This document shows positions 16,934 to 25,692 of a stretch of DNA of 29,309 bases, in pieces. Position numbers and translations under genes: made by a program. How positions within the stretch are numbered: position 1 is the stretch's first letter; each line of letters begins with the position of its first letter. The stretch comes from Afifellaceae bacterium (GTDB lineage Bacteria; Pseudomonadota; Alphaproteobacteria; Rhizobiales; Afifellaceae), in the NCBI GenBank assembly GCA_035465195.1, contig DATHRP010000379.1, positions 1 through 29,309 on the forward strand, given 5' to 3'. The notes below the pieces were generated by a model, which was not told where the DNA came from, searched no databases, and saw nothing but the letters and a program-made list of their open reading frames with translations.

Positions 16934-17127
16934 CGACGGACTGTCTCACCGTTTCTGCTTTAGCCATTTTGACTAATGCAGCAGGCCGCTGAAGTCTAGA
17001 AGCGACATGTTTGAAGCGGAATTCGGCAGCCCGACGATTGACCTCGGAATTTTGCCAAAACCCCAGTGATTCCAAGGCGATTCGCCTGATTTCATCAGGC
17101 CCCGCGCACCGGAAAAAAAATGATAAT

Positions 17128-17146
17128 CTGGCATCTGGTATGCCAG
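17128..17146. promoter_or_regulatory. Palindrome CTGGCAT-CTGGT-ATGCCAG with sigma54-like GG-N10-GC geometry, upstream of the FDH operon
   Basis: 7-bp arms. The minus strand reads TGGCATACCAGATGC (-24/-12 spacing correct, ATGC instead of TTGC). It could instead be a repressor site. Confidence 0.35.
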
Positions 17147-17211
17147 GCTTCCGGCAGAGAAATCGTATTTCGACGCTCCGATACCGCGAACCTGCCAGTA
17201 TCGGACCGGCG

Positions 17212-18006
17212 TCAGGGAGCCGGATCAGTCGTGGCGACTTCCAGAGCGGTCGATGACGCCTCAAGCCGCTCGATGATGGCGGGAGGCGGTCTGGCATCGG
17301 TGACCAGCAGGTCGAATTCGTCGAAGTCGCAGACCTTCACCAGCGCGCTGCGCGTGAACTTGGAATGGTCGGTGACCACCGTGCGCTGCTGGCCGCAACG
17401 CAGCACCATCCGGGCGAACTCCGCCTCGGCGAGATGGTAGTCCATCAGGCCGGTCGCGGCGTCGACAGCCGCGATGGAAATGATGGCGTGCCGGACGGCG
17501 AAATTCGCGACGAAGTCGATCGCGGTCCGGCCGAAGGCCGCGCCGTTGTCGCCGTGCAGTTCGCCGCCGGCCATGTAGACCCGGTTGCCGTTGACGGTCG
17601 CCAGCGTGCGGGCGACGTCGGACGAGTTGGTCACGATCGTCAGGCCGGATTTCCGCAGCAGTTCGCGCGCGAGAAGGCTGGTTGTCGTTCCCGTGTCCAT
17701 CATGACGCTGTCGCCGTCTTCGATCATCTTCGCCGTGTGGCGGGCGATGAGGCGTTTCTCGCGGGCGTTTTCCCGCATGCGGCGCTCAAACGGCGCTTCC
17801 GGGCCCCAGGCGGCAGTGCTGACCGCGCCGTGATGGCGGATCAGTTCGCCACTTTCCACCAGCGGACGGATATCGCGGCGGATGGTCTCCAGCGAAACGC
17901 CCAGCGCGCGGGCAAGATCGCCGATCCGGGCCGATCCGTTGGCCCGCACGGTTTCGATGATTCCCGACTGTCGGCTTGTGAGTTTTATGCGCTGTTGGAC
18001 GTTCAT
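17212..18006 (-). CDS. DeoR/GlpR-family transcriptional regulator
   Basis: HTH RQSGIIETV...DLARALGVSLETIRRDI and sensor domain MDTGTTT, TNS, AGGEL, DHSKF. Start moved to ATG 18006. Confidence 0.92.
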   Translation of the reverse strand: MNVQQRIKLTSRQSGIIETVRANGSARIGDLARALGVSLETIRRDIRPLVESGELIRHHGAVSTAAWGPEAPFERRMRENAREKRLIARHTAKMIEDGDSVMMDTGTTTSLLARELLRKSGLTIVTNSSDVARTLATVNGNRVYMAGGELHGDNGAAFGRTAIDFVANFAVRHAIISIAAVDAATGLMDYHLAEAEFARMVLRCGQQRTVVTDHSKFTRSALVKVCDFDEFDLLVTDARPPPAIIERLEASSTALEVATTDPAP

Positions 18007-18031
18007 GACGGCAATTTTTATTGATTCCCCG

Positions 18032-18087
18032 CCACAAAAGCAATTGATACGCCATATTGCCACAAATCCGGGCGCAATCACCACAAA
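18032..18087. promoter_or_regulatory. Three CCACAAA direct repeats (18032, 18060, 18081), putative DeoR operator
   Basis: Exact heptamer repeated three times in the AT-rich divergent promoter, with start-to-start spacings of 28 and 21 nt. Confidence 0.5.
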
Positions 18088-18104
18088 AAGCATCGCGATC
18101 CCGG

Positions 18105-18134
18105 TTGACTCCGTCTCGGCCCTGCTGTCACATT
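18105..18134 (+). promoter_or_regulatory. Putative sigma70 promoter of the ABC/catabolic operon
   Basis: TTGACT-N18-CACATT, immediately downstream of the repeats and 60 nt upstream of the SBP ATG. Confidence 0.35.
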
Positions 18135-18193
18135 TTCACCTTGGGCAACCACGCGTGTCCGCGGAGCCTGCCCTCAAGTGGGAGAATGTCGAG

Positions 18194-19162
18194 ATGTCTA
18201 GAAACTGTTCCAGGTCTTCGTCGGCGATTGCCGCGGCGGCCTTCATCGCCGCCATGGCCCTGCCGGCGGCGGCTTACGCCCAGGCGGAGTCCTCGGACCC
18301 GATAAAGCTCACCCTGCATGACTGGACCGGGCAGCTGGTCACCACGCAGATCATGGGCGAAGTGCTGAAGAAGGCCGGCTACAATGTCGAATATGTGCAG
18401 GCCGACTACATCGCCCAGTTCGCGGGCCTGAAGTCGGGCGATCTGCATGTCGCCATGGAAATCTGGGAAACGACCGGTCGCGACGCCATGGACGAGGCGA
18501 CCGCCACGGGCAATGTCGAAAATCTCGGCGAGACCGGCATGCAGGCGATCGAGGAATGGTGGTATCCCGCCTATATGACGGAAAAGTGCCCAGGCCTGCC
18601 GAACTGGGAAGTGCTCAAGGATGAAGCCTGCGCTGAAGCCTTCGCCACGGCCGAAACCGCGCCCAAGGGCCGTTATCTCGGCGGACCGGTGACATGGGGC
18701 GGTTACGACGACGAGCGAGCAGCCGCCCTGGAACTGCCTTTCGAGGTTGTCCATGCCGGCACCGATGCCGCGCTCTTCGCCGAACTGGAATCGGCCTACC
18801 AGCGCAAGGCGCCGATCATGCTGTGGGTCTATGCGCCGCACTGGGCGCCGGTCAAATATGAAGGTGCCTGGGTGGAATTCCCGGAATATTCCAAGGAATG
18901 CTACGACGATCCCTCGGCCGGCGTGAACCCGGACGCCACCTACGATTGCGGCAAGCCGCGCGGGCCGATCTGGAAGGTCGCCTGGTCCGGCGTGAAGGAC
19001 AAGTGGCCGGGCGCCTACAAGGCCATCAAGGCGTTCAACATTTCTAATGACGAGATGGGCGCGATGGTCGCCGACGTCGACCTCAACGGCAAGAAGCTGG
19101 ACGACACGGTCGCGGACTGGATGGCGGCCAACGAAGCGCGCTGGTCGGAGTGGATCAAATAG
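18194..19162 (+). CDS. ABC transporter substrate-binding protein, glycine betaine/proline (OpuAC) family, TmoX-related clade
   Basis: Sec signal peptide (AAAYA-Q), LHDWTGQ, MEIWE, EEWWYP, CPGLPNW, GRYLGGP, DPSAGVNPDATYDCG and WSEWI C-terminus. ATG 18194 has SD GGAGA; the track start at 17882 is spurious. Confidence 0.9.
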   Translation: MSRNCSRSSSAIAAAAFIAAMALPAAAYAQAESSDPIKLTLHDWTGQLVTTQIMGEVLKKAGYNVEYVQADYIAQFAGLKSGDLHVAMEIWETTGRDAMDEATATGNVENLGETGMQAIEEWWYPAYMTEKCPGLPNWEVLKDEACAEAFATAETAPKGRYLGGPVTWGGYDDERAAALELPFEVVHAGTDAALFAELESAYQRKAPIMLWVYAPHWAPVKYEGAWVEFPEYSKECYDDPSAGVNPDATYDCGKPRGPIWKVAWSGVKDKWPGAYKAIKAFNISNDEMGAMVADVDLNGKKLDDTVADWMAANEARWSEWIK

Positions 19163-19179
19163 TCCGCTCACCGTAACAA

Positions 19180-19217
19180 ACCGCCGCCGGAACCCTTGGC
19201 GTTTCTCCGGCGGCGGT
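19180..19217 (+). other. Intercistronic stem-loop after the SBP gene
   Basis: ACCGCCGCCGGA / TCCGGCGGCGGT 12-bp stem with no U tract, typical of an mRNA-stabilising hairpin in ABC operons. Confidence 0.6.
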
Positions 19218-19265
19218 CCCATTGCCGGCCTCTGTCTCATCGGAATCTGAGAGTCCGACCCGATC

Positions 19266-20306
19266 ATGACGACCGATCCATCCCGCTCAGTCAAACTGCA
19301 GTGCCGTTCGGTATGGCGATTGTTCGGCCACGGCGCTGCGCGGGCGCTGAGCGCGAGCGGTGGCCAGATGAGCGACGAGGATCTGATGGCCTCCGGCCTC
19401 GTCGGCGCAGTGCGCGATGTCGAACTGGACGTTCTCGAAAACGAGATCTTCGTCATCATGGGCCTGTCCGGCTCGGGCAAGTCGACGCTCGTGCGGTGCA
19501 TGTCGCGCCTGATCGAACCGACGTCTGGCGAAATCCTCTTCAACGGCGAGAACCTGCTGGAAGCCAGCGCCGCTCGGATGATCGAGATCCGCCGTCACCA
19601 GATGGGAATGGTGTTCCAGAACTTCGCCCTGCTGCCGCATCTGTCCGTGCTCGGCAACGTCGCCTTTCCGCTCGAGGTGCAGGGCGTGGACCGGCCGGCC
19701 CGCGAGGCGCGCGCCCGCGAGGTCATCGAACTGGTCGGCCTCCAGGGGCGCGAGGGGTTCTTCCCGGGTGAACTGTCCGGCGGCCAGCAGCAGCGCGTCG
19801 GCATCGCCCGTTCGCTCGCGGTGGAACCTGAGATCTGGTTCCTCGACGAACCGTTCTCCGCGCTCGATCCGCTGATCCGCCGCGAAATGCAGGACGAATT
19901 CATCCGCCTCCAGTCCGTCCTCAGAAAGACCATCGTTTTCATCACCCACGATTTCGACGAGGCGATCCGGCTTGCCGACCGCATTGCCATCATGAAGGAC
20001 GGCCGGGTCGTGCAGATCGGCACGCCGGAAGAGTTGGTGATCCGGCCGGCGACGGATTACGTCGCCGAATTCACCCGCAACGTCATCAAGGCAAAGGTTG
20101 TCCGGGCAGGCTCCGTCATGCAGGCGTTGCCGGCAACTCCTCCGGCCGGCGGTTTCGGAAAGGACGTCTCGACCGATCAGTGCATCGCCGAGATAGCGCC
20201 GCTGTTCGAGGCCGGCCCGGACACGGTGCGTGTTGTCGACGCGGCCGGCCGCCCGGCCGGCTGCCTGACGCGCGACGATGTCGTACGCGTCATGATGCAG
20301 GCCTGA
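19266..20306 (+). CDS. ABC transporter ATP-binding protein (ProV/OpuAA family)
   Basis: Walker A GLSGSGKST, Q-loop VFQ, signature LSGGQQQ, Walker B FLDEPFSALD, FITHD, and a degenerate CBS-like tail. Confidence 0.93.
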   Translation: MTTDPSRSVKLQCRSVWRLFGHGAARALSASGGQMSDEDLMASGLVGAVRDVELDVLENEIFVIMGLSGSGKSTLVRCMSRLIEPTSGEILFNGENLLEASAARMIEIRRHQMGMVFQNFALLPHLSVLGNVAFPLEVQGVDRPAREARAREVIELVGLQGREGFFPGELSGGQQQRVGIARSLAVEPEIWFLDEPFSALDPLIRREMQDEFIRLQSVLRKTIVFITHDFDEAIRLADRIAIMKDGRVVQIGTPEELVIRPATDYVAEFTRNVIKAKVVRAGSVMQALPATPPAGGFGKDVSTDQCIAEIAPLFEAGPDTVRVVDAAGRPAGCLTRDDVVRVMMQA

Positions 20307-20309
20307 GCG

Positions 20310-22343
20310 ATGAGCCTGACCACGCCATCCGGTATCGAGCGTTCAGACGACCGGCGGGCGGCCTGGCCGATGTCGCGCTGGCAGGTGGCATGGAGCGTAG
20401 CGCTCTGCCTTTTCCTTGCTCTGTGGATCTACGGAAAGCCCGTAGCCGGCTGGGCATTCAAGGTGCCGAGGGAATTGCGCATCCCGCTGCACCGCTGGAT
20501 CGGGGATTTCATGAAATGGCTGGTGGAGGATGCCAGCTTCGGCCTGTTCAGTTTTACCGACCTGACCCGCTTCGTAGCCTCCGTGATCGAGTTCCCCTAC
20601 CGCATCGCCCTGAGCCTGCTGTCCACCGGCTTCCTGCAGGGACAGGGGTCCGACGCGGTGCAGATCCTGCCGCCCGTTTCCTGGATTGCCGTCATCGCGA
20701 TCGCGGCCGGGATCGGCTACTACGCCGGCGGGCGGGCGCTTGCGCTGCTGGTTGCCCTCTGCTTCGCATTCCTCGCTTTGTTCGGCCAATGGGACAATGC
20801 GATGATCACGCTGGCGTCAATCCTGATCGCCGTACCGCTGGCGGTGGCCGGCGGCCTGCTGCTCGGAATTGCCGGATACCGCTGGACGCGCTTCGAGATG
20901 GCGCTGAAACCGCTGCTTGACCTGATGCAGACGATTCCGGTCTTCGCCTATCTGGTACCGATCCTCTTCCTGTTCGGTTTCGGTCCGACCTCCGCGATCG
21001 TGGCGACCATCATCTATGCGCTGCCGCCGATGACGCGCATCACCATTCTGGCCCTGCATGGCGTGCCCGACGAGATCGACGATCTCGGCCGCATGGTCGG
21101 CTGTACGCGCCGCCAGATGACCTGGCGCGTACTCGTGCCCTCGGCCATGAAGGGCCTGATGATCGGCGTCAACCAGGTCATCATGCTGTCTCTGAACATG
21201 GTGATCATCGCCTCGATGATTGGCGCCGGCGGTCTCGGCTTCGAGGTGCTGGCCGCCCTCAGGCGCCTGGACATCGGCAAGGGCCTGGAAGCCGGGCTTG
21301 CGATTGTCGCGCTGGCCATCGCGCTCGACCGGCTGACCCAAGCGCTGGCCCGCCGTACACGTGCGCACCAGAGCGACGTCATGGAAGGCGCCGGGCTCGT
21401 CCGGCGCAACCCCTATACTATTTCGGCCGTCGCGCTCATCCTTGTGACCGGCGTGGTCGGCCTGGCGATCCCCGCCATCCAGGCCTATCCCGAAAGCTGG
21501 CAGTTCTCCACCGGAACGTTCTGGTCGGAAGTGGTGCGCTGGATCAACGTTAATTTCTTCGACGACCTGGAGGCGATCAAGAACGTGCTCCTGCTCAATG
21601 TGCTGATCCCGTTCAAGCGCTTCCTGATCGGCTTGCCCTGGTTCGGAGTGGTCTGCCTCCTGGGCCTGGCCGGGTTGTCGCTTGGCGGCCTGCGCCTGGC
21701 GGCGGTCGTCACGGTCCTTGCCGGGCTGATCGCGCTTACCGGCCAGTGGGAAAAGGCGATGATCACCGTGTATCTGTGCGGCATCGCCGTCGTGTTCGCC
21801 TGCCTGATCGGTGTGCCGATCGCCATCCTGACAGCCGAACGCCGCAATCTCTGGCCCTGGGTGGAAACGATCATCGATACGCTCCAGACCCTCCCGTCAT
21901 TCGTCTATCTGATGCCGGCGGTCATGCTGTTCCGCGTCGGCGATTTCACGGCCATGATCGCCGTCGTGGCCTATGCTGTGGCGCCCGCCGTGCGCTACAC
22001 CGCGCACGGCCTGCGCCAGGTGGATCCGCAGCTCATCGAGGCCGGGACGGCCGCCGGCTGCACACCCTGGCAATTGCTCACCAAGATCAAGCTCAAGCTC
22101 GCATTGCCGGAGATCATGCTGGGTCTCAACCAAACCATCATGCTGGCGCTGTCGATGCTCGTCATCACCGCCCTGGTCGGTACGCGCGATCTCGGCCAGG
22201 AGGTCTATATCGCGCTCACCAAGGCGGATACCGGACGCGGCCTGGTGGCCGGCATGTCGGTTGCCTTTATCGCGATCATTGCTGACCGCCTGATATCCGC
22301 ATCGGCCGATCGCGTCCGCGTCCGGCTCGGGCTTGCGAAATAG
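20310..22343 (+). CDS. ABC transporter permease with two fused ProW-type domains
   Basis: Two repeats with DLMQTIPVFAYLVP / DTLQTLPSFVYLMP, EAA-loop equivalents (DDLGRMVGCT / IEAGTAAGCT) and NQVIMLSL / NQTIMLAL. Confidence 0.92.
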   Translation: MSLTTPSGIERSDDRRAAWPMSRWQVAWSVALCLFLALWIYGKPVAGWAFKVPRELRIPLHRWIGDFMKWLVEDASFGLFSFTDLTRFVASVIEFPYRIALSLLSTGFLQGQGSDAVQILPPVSWIAVIAIAAGIGYYAGGRALALLVALCFAFLALFGQWDNAMITLASILIAVPLAVAGGLLLGIAGYRWTRFEMALKPLLDLMQTIPVFAYLVPILFLFGFGPTSAIVATIIYALPPMTRITILALHGVPDEIDDLGRMVGCTRRQMTWRVLVPSAMKGLMIGVNQVIMLSLNMVIIASMIGAGGLGFEVLAALRRLDIGKGLEAGLAIVALAIALDRLTQALARRTRAHQSDVMEGAGLVRRNPYTISAVALILVTGVVGLAIPAIQAYPESWQFSTGTFWSEVVRWINVNFFDDLEAIKNVLLLNVLIPFKRFLIGLPWFGVVCLLGLAGLSLGGLRLAAVVTVLAGLIALTGQWEKAMITVYLCGIAVVFACLIGVPIAILTAERRNLWPWVETIIDTLQTLPSFVYLMPAVMLFRVGDFTAMIAVVAYAVAPAVRYTAHGLRQVDPQLIEAGTAAGCTPWQLLTKIKLKLALPEIMLGLNQTIMLALSMLVITALVGTRDLGQEVYIALTKADTGRGLVAGMSVAFIAIIADRLISASADRVRVRLGLAK

Positions 22344-22353
22344 GAAGGCGACC

Positions 22354-23238
22354 ATGGCGGACAAGGACGAGCTCATTCAGTCGCTGCCCTGCTGGACCGG
22401 CCCGGTCGGCTGGGAACCGCTGAAGGGCGGACTGTCGAACGAGAGTTTCCTCGTTGACCAGGGCGGGCAGAAATTCGTCGTCCGCCTCGGCCGCGACTAT
22501 CCCTTTCACCATGTCTTCCGCGACCGGGAAGTGATGGTGAGCCGGGCGGCCTGCGATGCAGGCTTTGCGCCCGAACTCGTCTATTCCGCCCCCGGAATCA
22601 TGGTTTCCCGCTTCATAGACGGCGAGACTTTCGACGAGGCCGCGGTCCGGGAGAATATCGGCCGCATTGCCGAACTGGTCGCGCGGTTCCACAACGAGAT
22701 GCCGAAGCACGTCAGCGGCCCGGGGTTCATGTTCTGGGTTTTCCACGTCATCCGCGACTATGCCCGCACGCTCGAAGAAGGCGGCAGCCGCATGACCGAC
22801 CGGCTGGCCGGCTATCTGGAGCTTGCAGATGAACTGGAAGCCGTCCAGGTCCCAATGCCGATCGTCTTCGGCCATCACGACCTGTTGCCGGCGAATTTCA
22901 TCGACGACGGAAGCCGGCTGTGGCTGATCGATTTCGAATATGCCGGCTTCTCCACGCCGATGTTCGACCTGGCCGGCGCCACCTCCAATGCCGGCTTCAA
23001 CGACAGCCAGTCCGAGGAATTCCTGACCGCCTATTTCGGTGGACCGCCGGACGAAGCCGTTCGCCGGAGCCATGCCGCCATGCAGTGCACCTCGCTCTTG
23101 CGCGAGGCGATGTGGAGCATGGTGTCGGAAATCCATCTCGATGCCCCCGGCGTCGATTACGTCGCATACACGCAGGAAAACCTGTCCCGGCTCGAACTGG
23201 CGCTGGAGTCCTACAGATCAAGGTACGGAAGGAACTGA
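22354..23238 (+). CDS. Choline/ethanolamine kinase-family (APH-fold) phosphotransferase 1
   Basis: GGLSN nucleotide loop, Brenner motif HHDLLPANF and LIDFEYAG. ATG 22354 has SD AGGAAGG. Confidence 0.88.
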   Translation: MADKDELIQSLPCWTGPVGWEPLKGGLSNESFLVDQGGQKFVVRLGRDYPFHHVFRDREVMVSRAACDAGFAPELVYSAPGIMVSRFIDGETFDEAAVRENIGRIAELVARFHNEMPKHVSGPGFMFWVFHVIRDYARTLEEGGSRMTDRLAGYLELADELEAVQVPMPIVFGHHDLLPANFIDDGSRLWLIDFEYAGFSTPMFDLAGATSNAGFNDSQSEEFLTAYFGGPPDEAVRRSHAAMQCTSLLREAMWSMVSEIHLDAPGVDYVAYTQENLSRLELALESYRSRYGRN

Positions 23239-23241
23239 TCC

Positions 23242-25683
23242 ATGCAATTGCCGGATCGGGCGCAGATCGTCGTCATCGGCGGCGGCATCATCGGATGCTC
23301 AACCGCGTACCACCTGGCCCGCGATCATCATGCCGATGTCGTCCTGCTGGAGCAGGGCAAGCTGACCGGCGGTTCGACATGGCACGCCGCCGGCCTGGTC
23401 GGCCAGCTTCGCTCGTCGGCTTCGATCACGCAGGTGCTGAAATATTCCGTCGATTTGTACCGCCGACTGGCGGATGAAACCGGCCTGGAAACCGGCTGGA
23501 AGATGTCGGGCTGCCTCAGGCTGGCCTGCAACGAAGATCGCTGGGCCGAGTACCGCCGTCTCGCCACCACGGCCGGAAGCTTCGGCATGGACATGCATCT
23601 GCTCTCGCCCTCGGACGTGAAGGGCATGTGGCCCCTGATGAATGTCGACGATCTGGTCGGCGCGACCTTCCTGCCGACCGACGGACAGGCAAGCCCGTCC
23701 GACATCACCCAGTCGCTCGCCCAAGGCGCGCGGATGCATGGCGCGAAACTGTTCGAGGGCGTCCGCGTCACCGGGTTCGATGTCGTGGAAGGAACCATTT
23801 CCGCGGTCAGGACCGGTGCCGGCAGGATCGCCTGCGAAAAGGTGGTCAACTGTGCCGGCATGTGGGCACGCCAGGTCGGCGCCATGGCCGGCATCAATGT
23901 TCCGCTCCAGCCGGTCAGGCACCAGTACATCGTCACCGAGCAGGTCGAAGGCCTGTCCACCGAAATTGCCACGGTACGCGATCCCGACAGGCTTACCTAC
24001 TTCAAGGAGGAGGTCGGCGGCCTGGTCATGGGCGGCTACGAGCAGAACCCGATATCGTGGACGACCGACGACGTGCCGGACGACTTCCAGTTCCAGCTCT
24101 TCGACGACGACTGGGATCATTTCGAGCAGCATCTGGTACAGGCGATCGAGCGCATACCCGCGCTCGAAAAGACCGGCGTCAAGCAGATGATCAACGGGCC
24201 GGAAAGCTTCACCCCCGACGGCAATTTCATCCTCGGGCCGGCGCCCGAATGCGCCAACATGTATGTCGGCGCCGGCTTCAATGCCTTCGGCATCGCTTCC
24301 GGCGGCGGCGCCGGCTGGGTGCTGGCCCAATGGGTGATCGACGACGAGCCGCCGATGGATCTGTGGGTCGTCGATATCCGGCGCTTTTCCGATCTGCACA
24401 AGGATCGGGACTGGGTCAACGAACGCACCCTCGAGGCCTATGGCAAGCATTATGCGGTTGGCTTCCCACACGAGGAATATCAGTCCGGTCGGCCGCGTAT
24501 CGTCTCGCCGCTCTACGAGCGCCTGAAGACGCATCGCGCGGTCTTCGGCTCCAAGCTGGGGTGGGAGCGGCCCAACTGGTTCGCGCCGGCGGACATGGAA
24601 CCACGCGACGAGCCCTCGATGGGCCGGCCGAACTGGTTCGATCCGGTCGGCGAGGAGCACAGGCTCGTGCGCGAGGTGGCCGGCATCTTCGACCAGTCCT
24701 CCTTCGCGAAATTCGAAATGTCGGGAACCGATTCCGCCCGGGCACTGGAATGGATCTGCGCCAACAGGGTCGCCAGGCCCGTCGGCCGGCTGACCTATAC
24801 CCAGCTTCTGAATTCGCGCGCCGGCATAGAATGCGACCTGACTGTAGCGCGCCTTGCCGACGATCTTTTCTATATCGTCACCGGCACCGGTTTCCGCGTT
24901 CACGACAGTGCGTGGATCCGAGATCACATCCCCGCGGGCCTGGATGCGACGCTGAGCGATGTCACGGAGGCGTTCGGAACGCTTTCGCTCATGGGACCGA
25001 AAGCCCGGGACATTCTGCAGGCAGTCACCGAAGACGATTGCTCCGGCCCGGCCTTTCCATTCGGCCATGTCCGGCAGATCGTGATTGCCGGCCATCCGGT
25101 TCGCGCGCTTCGCGTGACCTATGTCGGCGAACTGGGATGGGAACTGCATGTCCCGATAGAAGCGACGGGCGATGTGTTCGACACGCTGATGGAAGCCGGC
25201 GGCATCCACGGCGTCCGCCCGGTCGGCTACCGGGCGCTGGAATCGCTCAGGCTCGAGAAGGGCTACCGCACCTGGAGTTCCGATATCACGCCCAACGATA
25301 CGCCCTTCGACGCCGGGCTCGGCTGGGCCGTCAAGCTGAAGTCGGACACGCCGTTCATAGGTCGTGAAATGGCCGAGAAGGCGGCGAACTCCGTTCCGCG
25401 CAAGCAGCTCGTGGGATTTACCGTCGACGATCCGCGGGTCGTCCTGCTCGGCCGCGAGACGATCCTGCGCAACGGCGAATTCGCCGGATACCTGACAAGC
25501 GGTGGTTTCGGATACACGGTCGGAAAACCGATCGGTTACGGCTATGTGCGAAATGCCGACGGCGTGACGCCGGATTATCTCGAGAGCGGAACATACGAAC
25601 TTGTGGTCGCGCAGGACAGGATCCCGGCCGACCTGCATGTGACGCCGCTGTACGACCCGGCAGGCGAGCGGGTCCGGGCGTAG
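23242..25683 (+). CDS. GcvT-family FAD/folate-dependent N-demethylating dehydrogenase 1 (sarcosine-dehydrogenase-like signature)
   Basis: GGGIIG, STWHAAG (covalent-FAD His), RHQY, INGPESFTPDG, GFNAFGIASGGG, and folate domain GIECDLT, ELGWEL, SLRLEKGY. Confidence 0.92.
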   Translation: MQLPDRAQIVVIGGGIIGCSTAYHLARDHHADVVLLEQGKLTGGSTWHAAGLVGQLRSSASITQVLKYSVDLYRRLADETGLETGWKMSGCLRLACNEDRWAEYRRLATTAGSFGMDMHLLSPSDVKGMWPLMNVDDLVGATFLPTDGQASPSDITQSLAQGARMHGAKLFEGVRVTGFDVVEGTISAVRTGAGRIACEKVVNCAGMWARQVGAMAGINVPLQPVRHQYIVTEQVEGLSTEIATVRDPDRLTYFKEEVGGLVMGGYEQNPISWTTDDVPDDFQFQLFDDDWDHFEQHLVQAIERIPALEKTGVKQMINGPESFTPDGNFILGPAPECANMYVGAGFNAFGIASGGGAGWVLAQWVIDDEPPMDLWVVDIRRFSDLHKDRDWVNERTLEAYGKHYAVGFPHEEYQSGRPRIVSPLYERLKTHRAVFGSKLGWERPNWFAPADMEPRDEPSMGRPNWFDPVGEEHRLVREVAGIFDQSSFAKFEMSGTDSARALEWICANRVARPVGRLTYTQLLNSRAGIECDLTVARLADDLFYIVTGTGFRVHDSAWIRDHIPAGLDATLSDVTEAFGTLSLMGPKARDILQAVTEDDCSGPAFPFGHVRQIVIAGHPVRALRVTYVGELGWELHVPIEATGDVFDTLMEAGGIHGVRPVGYRALESLRLEKGYRTWSSDITPNDTPFDAGLGWAVKLKSDTPFIGREMAEKAANSVPRKQLVGFTVDDPRVVLLGRETILRNGEFAGYLTSGGFGYTVGKPIGYGYVRNADGVTPDYLESGTYELVVAQDRIPADLHVTPLYDPAGERVRA

Positions 25684-25692
25684 GAGGAAACC

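Noticed and set aside
16934-17127. Possible Moco/Tuco riboswitch in the long FDH leader
   Set aside because: Only short hairpins are visible and I could not match the conserved core. An Infernal/Rfam search would be decisive.
17882-18193. N-terminal extensions of the SBP (from 17882) and DeoR (from 18093)
   Set aside because: They would overlap each other and cover the divergent promoter. The signal peptide and SD fix the SBP start at 18194, and the HTH position fits a DeoR start at 18006.
19180-19217. Hairpin after the SBP gene as a transcription terminator
   Set aside because: No U tract, and the ATPase gene follows 49 nt later. An intercistronic stabiliser fits better.
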